Shown: positions 54,944 to 64,000 of the stretch, piece after piece | How positions within the stretch are numbered: position 1 is the stretch's first letter | How the letters are laid out: each line of letters opens with the position of its first letter | Origin: an uncultured Chloroflexia bacterium | Lineage (GTDB): Bacteria; Chloroflexota; Limnocylindria; Limnocylindrales; CSP1-4 | DNA length: 64,000 bases | Assembly (NCBI GenBank): GCA_963712745.1 | Contig: CAVQJC010000011.1 | Location: 192,001 to 256,000 of the forward strand | Direction: 5' to 3' | The notes under the pieces: generated by a model | The model's input: only the letters and a program-made list of their open reading frames with translations | What the model was told of the DNA's origin: nothing | Database searches by the model: none | Made by a program: the position numbers and the translations under genes

Positions 54944-54954
54944 AAGGCTCGCCC

Positions 54955-56272
54955 GTGTCGAAACGACACCGCATCCTCATCATCGGCGGCGGCTACGGCG
55001 GCCTCTATGCCGCGCGTGCCTTGCGCAAGGCCGACGTCGATATCACCCTCGTCGATCGGCGCAACCACCACCTCTTCAGCCCGCTGCTGTACCAGGTCGC
55101 GACCGGCGCGCTGACACCGTCGGACATCGCACAGCCGCTGCGCCTCATCCTGCGCAAGCAGCAGAACACTCGAGTGCTGCTGGCCGAGGCCACGGGCATC
55201 GACCCCGACGCTCGGACCGTCCGCATCGACGACGGCACCGACCTCGAGTACGACTCGCTCATCGTGGCCACGGGCACCAAGCACTCCTACTTCGGCAACG
55301 ACGCCTGGTCCGAGCACGCGCCGGGCATCAAGACGCTGGAGGACGCGCTGCAGATGCGTGCCCGCATCCTCGACGCCTTCGAGAACGCGGAGCTGGAGAC
55401 CGACTCGGCCAGGCAGCACGACTGGATGACGTTCGTCATCGTCGGCGCGGGCCCGACCGGGGTCGAGCTGGCTGGTTCGCTGTGCGAGATCTCACGCGAT
55501 GCCCTGCCCCGTGACTTCCGCGCCATCAACACCGAGGAGGCGCTGGTCTATCTCGTCGAGGGTGCCGACCGGGTGCTGCCCGACCTACCCCCGTTCGTTG
55601 TCGAAGGCCGCGGCCCGGCAGTTGGCCCAGCTGGGCGTGACCATCCGCACCAGGACCATGGTCACCGAGATCGACGCGGAGGGGGTGAGCGTGCGCGGGA
55701 CCGAGGGCGGGGCCACCAGCCGCATCCCGGCGCGAACCGTGCTCTGGGCGGCGGGCGTGGCGGTGGGCAAGTTCGGACGGGCCGTGGCGGAGGCGACCGG
55801 CGCTCCCACCGACCGCGTCGGGCGCATCGAGGTGGATCGCGACCTGACCGTGCCCGGCTACCCGGACATCTGGGTGGTGGGCGACCTCGCGGCCGCGGAG
55901 TGGTCGCCGGGCCAGATGGTTCCCGGTGTGGCCCAGGGTGGCATCCAGGGCGGGCAGTACGCGGCACGCTCGATCATCGCCAAGCGTGACGGCGTGACCA
56001 TCCCCGACTTCGAGTTCAAGGACCTCGGCGAGCTGGCCACCATCGGCCGCCTGCGCGCCGTGGCCGATTTCCGCATGGTCCGTTTCAGCGGCTTCCCGGC
56101 CTGGTTCATGTGGCTGGGCATCCACATCTTCTGGCTCATCGGTCTGCAGAACCGCATCCTCGTGATGGTCCGCTGGGCCTGGTCGTTCCTCTCGCGTGGC
56201 CGCGGCAGCCGGCTCATCACGGGCTTGCCCAAACACAGCTCCGACCGGGAGGGCAAGGGCGGCCTGGGCTGA
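54955..56272 (+). CDS. ndh: Type II NADH dehydrogenase, frameshift near 55590
   Basis: GGGYGG, PLLYQVATG, GAGPTGVE, LWAAGV, GELATIGR. Confidence 0.92.
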
Positions 56273-56285
56273 GCCCCGGGTCGGG

Positions 56286-56564
56286 TCAGTCCCCGAGCGC
56301 GACCTCGTCCCCGAGCGCGACCTCGTCCCCGTCCCCGAGCGCGACCTCGCGTGCGAGCGTGACGGCTTCCTCCGTGCTGAGCGCGGCCCATTCCTCGACC
56401 CAGCCGCGCTCCTTGACAGCGTGCTCCCCGGACGCGGCCGCGATGATGTAGTCGTGCTCGCGGAGCACTCCCTGGTATGCGTCACCGAGCCGGCGCAGGA
56501 GACGGGTCGAGCCCTCGATATCGGTGAAGACGAACGTCAGGGTGGTCGCCGTCGAGCCGCTCAT
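56286..56564 (-). pseudogene. Internally deleted class III cyclase-domain gene
   Basis: TFVFTDIEGSTRLL is the start of a cyclase domain, but the second catalytic GD motif and the remainder are absent. Confidence 0.65.
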
Positions 56565-56593
56565 CCCTTGTGGTGCGAGCGTTCGGGGCCGGG

Positions 56594-57319
56594 TCAGCTG
56601 CGGGCAGCCTCCTGCTGTCGCAGCAGGTACGAGTAGCCGGCCAGCGCCAGGCCAGCGGCTACCAGGAGCACGCCGAGGAGGTTGAAGATGCCGTCCACGG
56701 CGCTGGAACCGGCAGCTCCCGCGAAGACCAGCACGGCGCCGGCGAGCGCCAGCACGGCGTTGGCGATGAGCGACGCCAGGGGCAGCGGCGCTTCCATCTG
56801 GCGCCTGACGAAGCTACCGATGATGCCGGTGATGCCGAAGATGAAGAAGCCCATGCCGACCACCACGGCCAGCGTCGCGGTGACCGCGTCCGTCACCGGC
56901 GTGAAGAAAGTGGCCACGATGACGACCAGGCCCACGGTCACGCCCGAGCCGGCGCGGAACGAGGCCAGCTGCTCGAGGTCGGGTCGCAGCTGGTGGCGCC
57001 ACAGCTGGAAGCTCGTGATGAGCGAGCCGCCGAGGAGGATGAAACCGACGATCTGCAGCGTCGTACTCGAGCCGCCGAGGGGCTTGAAGATGAAGAGGAG
57101 ACCCACGATGGCAGCCACGACGCCCTCGACGAGCACGATCATCCACGACGTGCGCGGGCTCCAGGGGGCACCGCGGTCGATGAGGTCCTCGGTGACGGCC
57201 GTGGCGCGCTCGACACTCGTCGAGACGCCCGTCGAGGTCTCGTCTGGCCAGTCAGGCTCTGCCGGAGGGGCAGCCAGCGGCGCGCTCGTGTCGTCGGTCG
57301 GCGGGGTTGTGGAGGTCAT
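56594..57319 (-). CDS. Membrane protein, HdeD/DUF308-like
   Basis: About 6 hydrophobic segments in a repeated pattern. Confidence 0.6.
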   Translation of the reverse strand: MTSTTPPTDDTSAPLAAPPAEPDWPDETSTGVSTSVERATAVTEDLIDRGAPWSPRTSWMIVLVEGVVAAIVGLLFIFKPLGGSSTTLQIVGFILLGGSLITSFQLWRHQLRPDLEQLASFRAGSGVTVGLVVIVATFFTPVTDAVTATLAVVVGMGFFIFGITGIIGSFVRRQMEAPLPLASLIANAVLALAGAVLVFAGAAGSSAVDGIFNLLGVLLVAAGLALAGYSYLLRQQEAARS

Positions 57320-57394
57320 GGGACGTTCTCCCGTACGGCGGGCCCGGATGCGCGCATCGTAGCGTGTCCGGCTGGGCGCGCGATAGCCCGTCGG

Positions 57395-58213
57395 TCACTC
57401 GTCGGCAACGGGCGACTGGTCGGGCGACCCCTCGTCCTCGTCGGCAACGGGCGACTGGTCGGGTGACCCCTCGTCCTCATCGGCAGCCTGGGCCGTGGCA
57501 CTCTTGGCCAGCTCGATGTCCACTGCGTCCGCGACGGTGGCGAAGTCGGGGGCCTGCAGCGGCACCCCGTTCACGACCACCGTGGGCGTGGCATTGATGC
57601 CCAGGGTACCCGCGTCGCGCTTCGACTCGGCGTCGATCTCGGTGAAGCGCTGTCGCGCGCTCTCGAGCGTGAGGTCTGCTCGGAATCGGTCCATGTCCAG
57701 TCCCGCAGCCTCTCCCATCTCCAGCAGTCGGTCGATATGGAAGCCGCCGCTCTCGTTGCCCTGGAAGTTGGTGAAGAGGTAGTCGTGGAAGGGCCAGAAC
57801 ATGTTCTGGTCGGCGGCGAAGCTGGCCGCGACCGCGGCCCAGTGCGATTCGTCGCCCAGGAAGGCGAGGTTGCGGAACACGAGCAGGACGTCACCGGACT
57901 TGACGTACTGCTCGACCAGCGGGGGCTTGACCTCGAACGTGAAACGCTGGCAGAACGGGCACTGGAAGTCCTCCCAGACCTCGACCGTTACGGGTGCGTC
58001 CGGCGAGCCCATGGCGAAGCCGTCGACCTGCTCGGTGGGGGATTTGATGGGTGGTTCGGCCAGCGGCGGTGGCGTGACCAGCGGGGCCCATGTGAGTTCG
58101 GGTTCTTCGCCCTGGCCCAGGACCGTCGACCACGAGGTGGCTACCAGCAGCGCGGTCAGCAGGAGGGACGTGAAGGCGATGACGCCGGAGCGGGCGCGAC
58201 GTGTCTGGGGCAT
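57395..58213 (-). CDS. Exported DsbA-family thioredoxin-fold protein
   Basis: GSPDAPVTV, EDFQCPFC, cis-Pro ATPT; acidic tandem-repeat tail. Confidence 0.9.
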   Translation of the reverse strand: MPQTRRARSGVIAFTSLLLTALLVATSWSTVLGQGEEPELTWAPLVTPPPLAEPPIKSPTEQVDGFAMGSPDAPVTVEVWEDFQCPFCQRFTFEVKPPLVEQYVKSGDVLLVFRNLAFLGDESHWAAVAASFAADQNMFWPFHDYLFTNFQGNESGGFHIDRLLEMGEAAGLDMDRFRADLTLESARQRFTEIDAESKRDAGTLGINATPTVVVNGVPLQAPDFATVADAVDIELAKSATAQAADEDEGSPDQSPVADEDEGSPDQSPVADE

Positions 58214-58303
58214 CGTGTTCCTCTGGTGGGTCGGAGTCGCGTCAGCATAGTTGAGACCCCGACTCCGGGTCGGGGCCCCGCTGATCGACCCGCGTCGCGG
58301 AAC

Positions 58304-58935
58304 CTAGCTCTCCTCGTCGCCCATGTCCATGTCGTGGTCCTCGTCGCCCATGTCCATGTCGTCGTCTCGTCGCCATCGTCGCCCATGTCCATGTCGTGGT
58401 CCATGTCCATGTCCATGTTGCCCATCATCGGTGCGCCAGCCATCACCTGCGCTGTGACCGTCTGGGGCTCGGCGTTCATGAACTCGAGACTGAGTTCGAC
58501 CTCCGCACCCTCTGCCAGCGGTTCCACCAGATCGATGAGCATGATGTGGTAGCTGCCCGGCTCGAGGATCGCGTCGCCATGAGCCGGGACGGGTACCTCG
58601 GTGACCGGGTTCATCGACATCATGCCCTCGTCGTCCATCGACGATAGATGCAGCTCGACGGTCCCCGCGGCCGGGCTCGAGGCGCCGACCAGGGCATCGT
58701 CATCGTCACTATCGTTATGGATGACCATGTAGGCCGCCCCCGCCAGCTCGGTCATGGGCGACTCTCGCACCCAGGCCTCCATCACGTGCAGGCCCGGCTC
58801 CATCTCTTCCATGGGGGCCATCGAGCCCATCTCGTCGACCGCCTCATCCTCTGCCGCGACCGCGGCGAACGAGAGGCTGATAGCGGCGGTGACGGTGGCT
58901 GCCGACAGCAGCAGCGTGCGCGTAGGACGATTCAT
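58304..58935 (-). CDS. Copper chaperone PCu(A)C with Met/His/Asp-rich tail, 1-nt frameshift near 58365
   Basis: AWVRES, GAAYM, VELH...MMSM...YHIML; the tail restores to DMDMGDEDHDMDMGDEES-stop. Confidence 0.9.
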
Positions 58936-58960
58936 CTCTCCCCCTCCAGGATTTGGTGGC

Positions 58961-59650
58961 TCAACCGGCCTCCAGCATCTCCAGATCCTGCACGATCTCG
59001 GCTGCCGGGGTTCCGAATGGATAGGCTTGGCGCAACTGACCGCTCTCATCGATGAGGTAGAGGTCGGCGCTGTGGGACATGGTGTAGCCGGCCGTAGAGG
59101 TCGTCTCCACGCGTGCGTACTTCACGCCGTAGTTCTCGGCCGCCCGGCGGATAGCGCCGGGGCTGCCGGTCACAGCGTGCAGGTTCTGCGGCAGGTATCT
59201 CGTCCACTCTGTGAGGAACTCGGGCGTGTCGCGCTCCGGGTCGACCGAGACGAACACGGCCTGCGTCGCCGGCGAGGCTTCGAAGACGCCGAAGAGTTCG
59301 CCGATGGTGGCCGGGCAGACATCGGGGCAGTGGGTGTAGCCGAAGAAGACAAGCACGTTGCTGCCTTCGAAGCTGGCGAGGTCGAATGCCGAGCCATCGG
59401 GTTGGACGAGTTCGGCCAGCTCCGGTGCGGGGCGCGGGTCGCCGATGGCGGGGCGGGCGGCCAGGGCGGTGCCGGAACTCGCTGCCGGCGCGGGGCTGGT
59501 CGAGGGCAGGGCCGTCGCCAGGGGGCTTGGTTCCGCCGTTGGCGCGGGCGTGGCCTCATCGCCGCCACAGGCGGCTGCTACCAGAGACATCGCGGCCAGT
59601 ACGGGAATCAGCCGGAGCGACCTGTGGCTCCGCACGAAGTGTGTGTTCAT
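58961..59650 (-). CDS. SCO1/SenC-family lipoprotein
   Basis: Lipobox VAAAC, FGYTHCPDVCP, VDPERDT, MSHS. Confidence 0.93.
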   Translation of the reverse strand: MNTHFVRSHRSLRLIPVLAAMSLVAAACGGDEATPAPTAEPSPLATALPSTSPAPAASSGTALAARPAIGDPRPAPELAELVQPDGSAFDLASFEGSNVLVFFGYTHCPDVCPATIGELFGVFEASPATQAVFVSVDPERDTPEFLTEWTRYLPQNLHAVTGSPGAIRRAAENYGVKYARVETTSTAGYTMSHSADLYLIDESGQLRQAYPFGTPAAEIVQDLEMLEAG

Positions 59651-59714
59651 CGACTGCGTTCGAGCGTACCACCGGGCCTCGCGGGACGTTGCGAGTCACG
59701 GCGGGCACATGTAC

Positions 59715-59735
59715 TATTGAGACGTAGTATCAATA
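59715..59735. promoter_or_regulatory. Zur/Fur-type box
   Basis: 21-bp TATTGAGACGTAGTATCAATA (TATTGA-N9-TCAATA) upstream of a Zn-type ABC transporter. Confidence 0.75.
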
Positions 59736-59742
59736 CACGCCG

Positions 59743-59790
59743 TTCCAGTCGGTCCAGTCGGTCCAGTCCGTCCAGCCGGTCCAGCCGGTC
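59743..59790. repeat. 9-bp tandem repeat (GTCCAGyCG, about 5 copies) in the leader
   Basis: Seen directly, ending just before the AAGGAG RBS. Confidence 0.8.
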
Positions 59791-59804
59791 GAAAGGAGCC
59801 CTCG

Positions 59805-60794
59805 ATGAACCACCGCGCGCCGGTCGCGGTGCTGGGCGCACGCCTACCCGCCGCCCTCTTCGCCACGTTGCTGATGGGCTACTGCATGGCCGCGGCTCCG
59901 ACCATGGCCATGGCCGCAGGCAACGACGACGTCCCCTCGGTGGTCGTCACCACGGAGGTGCTTGGCGCGGTCGTGGCTGAGCTCGTGGGTGATGCGGGCG
60001 AGGTCACCGTGCTCATGCCCGGCGGCGCCAATCCCCATACCTTCGCGCCGTCCGCGCGCGATGCCGAGCGCATCAGCAGGGCGGACGTCGTGGTCTCCAA
60101 CGGCCTCGATCTCGAAGAGGGCCTCCTGTCCGTCCTGGAGGCGGCCCAGAGCGAGGGCGTGACCTGGTTCCAGGCGGCCGACCACATGGCCGTGCGTGAC
60201 CTCGAGGTAGAGCCCGAAGCCGAGGACGCCGGGCAAGACCACCAGGACGCAGGGCAAGACGATGAGGACGCGGGACACGAGCACGAGGCCGCTGACCCGC
60301 ACTTCTGGACCGACCCGCTGCTGATGCGTGACGTGGTCGCTGCGCTCGAGCCGGTGCTGGCCGAGGCCGGTCTCGACGTGGCCGGCAACGCCCAAGCTCT
60401 CATGGCAGGGCTCGAGACCCTCGACGCCGAGGTCGCGGAGATCCTCGCGGTCGTGCCCCAGGAAGCGCGCAGGCTCGTGACCGGTCACCGCTCGATGGGC
60501 TACTTCGCAGAGCGCTACGGCTTCGAGCTGATCGGAACGGTCATCCCCAGCCTTTCGACCGGAGGGGAACCGAGCGCCCGTGAGCTGGCGCAGCTCATCG
60601 CTGACATCAGGGAACAGGGTGTGCCCGCCATCTTCGTCGAGGTCGGGACGCCCCAGTCGGTCGCGCAGGCCGTGGCCGACGATAGCGGCACCAGGCTGGT
60701 CGCGCTCTCGACCTCGGAGCTGCCTGACGACGGCAGCTATGGGAGCTTCATGCGCGACATCGCGACCACCGTGGCGGATGCTCTCGGAGGCTGA
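59805..60794 (+). CDS. Zn/Mn ABC substrate-binding protein (ZnuA/AztC-like)
   Basis: NPHTFAPS, NGLDLE, His/Asp loop, DPHFW, HRSMGYFA. Confidence 0.92.
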   Translation: MNHRAPVAVLGARLPAALFATLLMGYCMAAAPTMAMAAGNDDVPSVVVTTEVLGAVVAELVGDAGEVTVLMPGGANPHTFAPSARDAERISRADVVVSNGLDLEEGLLSVLEAAQSEGVTWFQAADHMAVRDLEVEPEAEDAGQDHQDAGQDDEDAGHEHEAADPHFWTDPLLMRDVVAALEPVLAEAGLDVAGNAQALMAGLETLDAEVAEILAVVPQEARRLVTGHRSMGYFAERYGFELIGTVIPSLSTGGEPSARELAQLIADIREQGVPAIFVEVGTPQSVAQAVADDSGTRLVALSTSELPDDGSYGSFMRDIATTVADALGG

Positions 60795-60893
60795 ACGGGC
60801 CCTGCCCGGCCCTGGAGTGGCCGTCGGGGCCGCTGATATGCTCGGCCGACCGGTGCCGCGGGCGGCACGACCGCCGGTGCCATCCCCAGGGGA

Positions 60894-61763
60894 GTGAGCT
60901 TGGAGTTCTTCGTCGATCCGTTCCTGAGCAACGGCTTCATGGTTCGTGCCTTGCTCGCAGGCGTGCTCGTGTCCATCGCCTGCGCGGTGGTGGGTACGTT
61001 CGTGGTGTTGCGCGGGCTGGCCTTCATCGGCGACGCGCTCGCGCACGGCGTGCTGCCCGGCATCGCCGGCGCCATCCTGCTGGGCCTGCCGGGCATGCTC
61101 GGAGCGGCCGTCGGCGCCATCGTCATGATCGGCGGCGTGTCGCTCGTGACCCGGCGCTCGCGTCTCTCGTCCGACACGGCCATCGGCCTGCTCTTCGTGG
61201 CCATGCTGGCCCTCGGTGTGGTGATGATCTCCGCCAGCGACGCCTTCCAGGGCGATCTCATCGCCATCCTCTTCGGCCAGATCCTCGGCACCAGCAGCGA
61301 GCAGGTGCTGGTGATGGCCGGGGCCACGGTGCTGGTCGTCATCGTCTCGGTCCTGGCCGCGCGACCGTTCCTGCTCTTGAGCTTCGACCCCGAGCAGGCA
61401 GACGTGGCCGGCTTCCCCTCGCGTCGCTACCACGTGCTTATGCTGCTGCTGGTGGCACTGACGGTGGTGGTCGCCTTCCAGACCGTGGGCACGCTGCTGG
61501 TCTTCGGCATGCTCCTGGCCCCGGCCGCGGCGGGGGCGCTGCTGGCCAGCCGCATCAGCTCGATGATGATCATCGCCGGCCTCATCGGTTCGGCCAGCAC
61601 CTACGCCGGTCTGCTCATCTCGTACTGGTGGGACCTCGCGGCCGGGGCCATGATCGTGCTCGTGGCGGTCTTAGTCTTCTTCGTCGTGCTCGCCATCACC
61701 ACCGCGCGCGAGGCCAATGGGCATGTGACCACTACCGATGCCCAGGGAGAGACGGTCTCGTGA
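60894..61763 (+). CDS. Zn/Mn ABC permease (ZnuB/AztB-like)
   Basis: GDALAHGVLPG, DTAIG, LFGQIL, FDPE. Confidence 0.93.
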   Translation: MSLEFFVDPFLSNGFMVRALLAGVLVSIACAVVGTFVVLRGLAFIGDALAHGVLPGIAGAILLGLPGMLGAAVGAIVMIGGVSLVTRRSRLSSDTAIGLLFVAMLALGVVMISASDAFQGDLIAILFGQILGTSSEQVLVMAGATVLVVIVSVLAARPFLLLSFDPEQADVAGFPSRRYHVLMLLLVALTVVVAFQTVGTLLVFGMLLAPAAAGALLASRISSMMIIAGLIGSASTYAGLLISYWWDLAAGAMIVLVAVLVFFVVLAITTAREANGHVTTTDAQGETVS

Positions 61764-62635
61764 GCCCCGTGGCAGCGCGCGAGCCGCAGCCCGGCGCAGC
61801 CGGCAGTGCCGGCGAAGGTGCGCCCGCGGCCATCGCGGCCCGCGGCCTGACAGTCGGCTATGGCGGCGACGTCGTCGTGCGCGATATCGACCTCGATGTC
61901 CGGCCGGGCGGCTCGCTGGCCCTGGTGGGCACGAACGGCTCCGGCAAGTCCACGCTGGTCAAGACGGTGGTGGGACTGCTGCCGGCGCTCGGCGGATCGC
62001 TGGCGGTCCTCGGCCGAGCGCCGGGAAAGTCGCCGCGCCACATCGCCTACCAGTCCCAGTTCCATGCCTCGGGCTACATCCTGCCCATCCGCGTGGTCGA
62101 TGTCGTGCGCATGGGCCGCTACCCGGCACTGGGGCTCACCGGCCGCATGGGTCCGCGTGACGAGGAGCTCGTACGCGAGGGCATGGCCCGCATGGGTATC
62201 GCCCACCTGGCGGGGGCCCCGATGCGAGGCCTCTCCGGCGGCCAGCTCCAGCGCGTCTACCTGGCCCAGGTCCTCGCTCGCGAGGCCGACCTCGTCGTGC
62301 TCGACGAGCCCACCGCGGGTATCGACGCGGGCGGCCGAGAGCTGTATCTGGAGGCCTTCTCGGCCGAGCTGCGGCGCGGGGCGGCCATCGTCACGGCCAC
62401 CCACGACATCGCCGAAGCCGTCGAGTACGACCAGGTGCTGCTGCTTGCGCGACGGGTCGTGGCGCTTGGCCCCGGACGGGAGGTGCTCACCCCCGACCAG
62501 CTGATGGAGACGTTCGGCATCGTCATCTCCGACCCGCACGAGGAGCACGCCGGCCGCTTCACGGTGGCCGAGGTGGCCCATGGCAGTCCCCAGACCATCG
62601 ATACCCGACCCCAGGATGACGGGTCGGAGCCGTGA
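61760..62635 (+). CDS. Zn/Mn ABC ATPase (ZnuC/AztA-like)
   Basis: GTNGSGKS, LSGGQLQR, LDEP, ATHD. Confidence 0.93.
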   Translation: MSPVAAREPQPGAAGSAGEGAPAAIAARGLTVGYGGDVVVRDIDLDVRPGGSLALVGTNGSGKSTLVKTVVGLLPALGGSLAVLGRAPGKSPRHIAYQSQFHASGYILPIRVVDVVRMGRYPALGLTGRMGPRDEELVREGMARMGIAHLAGAPMRGLSGGQLQRVYLAQVLAREADLVVLDEPTAGIDAGGRELYLEAFSAELRRGAAIVTATHDIAEAVEYDQVLLLARRVVALGPGREVLTPDQLMETFGIVISDPHEEHAGRFTVAEVAHGSPQTIDTRPQDDGSEP

Positions 62636-62765
62636 GGCTGACGCCCGCCCCGACCTGCCTGCCCGGGGCCGACCATGGAGCCTCGCAGTGGACTACGCTA
62701 GCCGGGTCCCGGGGCAGGTGCGGCGGTCGCGCTCGAGAGGACGTTCGGACTATCGGAGGAGGCGC

Positions 62766-63092
62766 ATGGGCAGGACGGTGAGTGAGTTGGCCCGCGAGAT
62801 CATCAGCCGCCTCGACCAGGGCGAACCACTCGAGTCGGCCATCTCCCTGGTACTGACCGGCGAGGGCGTTGACGAGGACGTGCTCGTCGAGCTGCAGGTC
62901 GCGGGGTTGCGCGACGCGGTCGTCCACGAAGCCTTCCACGAGCTGCTCGACTGGCACGCCAACTTCGGCGGCCTGGCCGAGTTCCTCGAGATCGACGAGG
63001 CTATCCACCGCACCGCCGAGCGTATCGGCCACGACTTCGACCAGGACCCGCCCGAGCACCTGCCTGACCTGGGCCCCCGGCTGGTCCACTAG
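62766..63092 (+). CDS. Acidic hypothetical protein (108 aa)
   Basis: GGAGGAGG RBS, GC3-rich codons. Confidence 0.65.
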   Translation: MGRTVSELAREIISRLDQGEPLESAISLVLTGEGVDEDVLVELQVAGLRDAVVHEAFHELLDWHANFGGLAEFLEIDEAIHRTAERIGHDFDQDPPEHLPDLGPRLVH

Positions 63093-63191
63093 CTCGCGCA
63101 GCGCCGCGCCCGTCAGCGTCCGCGAGAGCATGTTCGTCGTCCGGCCTGATGGCCGCTACGTCGCCCACCACCTGATGCGCCGGGAGCTGGT

Positions 63192-64000
63192 GTGACCACG
63201 CGCCAGACACCCAGGGGAGGCGGCTGGTTCTCGTTCCCGACGATGCGAGCCGGTGCGCGCGCCATCCTGCCGCTCTCGATCGGTGCCTTCCCCTTCGGTC
63301 TGGCCTACGGCGTGACGGTGGTGGAGTCGCCGCTGAACGACGTGGCAGGTCTGCTGGCCTCGTTCATCGTGCTTGCGGGGGCCGCCCAGCTGGCCATCGC
63401 CGACCTCACCGATCAGGGCGCTCCATGGTTCATCGTGGTGGGCACAGCACTCGTCATCAACGCCCGCTTCACGATGTACTCGGGGGCCCTGGCGCCGTCG
63501 TTCTCCGAGTATCCCAAGCGCTGGCGGATCCCGCTGGCCCACTTCATGACCGACCAGACCACGGTCACCTCGCTGCTGTTCAACCGGCAGGAGCGAGATC
63601 CCCGCCAACGCCTGGCCTACTACTTCGGCGCCGGCCTCAGCTTCGCGGTCTCCTGGTGGGTGGGCACCGTCATCGGTCTGGCGGTGGGTGCCACCATCCC
63701 GTCCGAGTTCCAGGTCGGGTTCGCGGCACCCCTCATGTTCATCGCCCTGGCGGTGCCCTCGATCCGCGACCGAGCGGCCCTGGTCGCGGCGGCCGTCGCC
63801 TTCTCGGTCACGCTCATCGCCCGCGACGCGCCCATGAACTCGGGCCTGCTCATCGGTGCCGCAGCCGGCATCGCCTTCGGTCTGCTGGCCAAGTCACGCG
63901 GTCCCGGCGAGACCAGCGCTCCGGAGAGCAAGGACGACCATGCCGGAGCCCCCGTCGCGCCCGGACCGTCGCCCACTTCGCCGGTCCAGGAAGCGCCGGT
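63192..64000 (+). CDS. azlC: AzlC-family branched-chain amino acid exporter, runs off the window
   Basis: Read manually (absent from the ORF track): ILPLSIGAFPFGLAYG, LAGAAQ, INARFTMYS, MTDQ. Confidence 0.85.
   Translation, partial: MTTRQTPRGGGWFSFPTMRAGARAILPLSIGAFPFGLAYGVTVVESPLNDVAGLLASFIVLAGAAQLAIADLTDQGAPWFIVVGTALVINARFTMYSGALAPSFSEYPKRWRIPLAHFMTDQTTVTSLLFNRQERDPRQRLAYYFGAGLSFAVSWWVGTVIGLAVGATIPSEFQVGFAAPLMFIALAVPSIRDRAALVAAAVAFSVTLIARDAPMNSGLLIGAAAGIAFGLLAKSRGPGETSAPESKDDHAGAPVAPGPSPTSPVQEAP

Overview
High-GC bacterial chromosomal window dominated by carbohydrate catabolism. Gene style suggests Chloroflexota or Actinobacteria, which is inference only. In order it holds: (1) 1-13.8 kb, an uncharacterised sugar-catabolic island (ribose-type ABC transporter, SDR, cytochrome P450, Hyi-family isomerase, GntR-LacI hybrid regulator, URO-D-like protein, atypical transaldolase, hexulose-6-phosphate-synthase-like enzyme, Zn-ADH, DhaK/DhaL, lactonase-like amidohydrolase); (2) 14-21 kb, an inositol (iol) cluster with a LacD-like class I aldolase and a LacI repressor; (3) acetoacetate-CoA ligase, thiolase and a stand-alone MsmK-type ATPase; (4) a deletion scar of a GH130/Opp-type oligosaccharide locus followed by GH1; (5) a xylo/arabino-oligosaccharide locus (GH3, ABC, LacI, GH51, unknown protein, xylB); (6) a repeat-rich spacer with a disrupted small gene; (7) an alpha-glucan locus (GH57, P-loop kinase plus divergent GH13-like protein, maltodextrin ABC), malic enzyme and a trehalose synthase/phosphatase fusion; (8) MarR, VOC, Ndh, DsbA-PCuAC-SCO, a Zur-boxed Zn ABC transporter and a partial azlC. 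Many genes carry single-base frameshifts, very densely at 17.4-23.4 kb, most likely long-read consensus errors. No rRNA, tRNA, CRISPR array or transposase was recognised. All product calls come from motif recognition by eye, with no database search.
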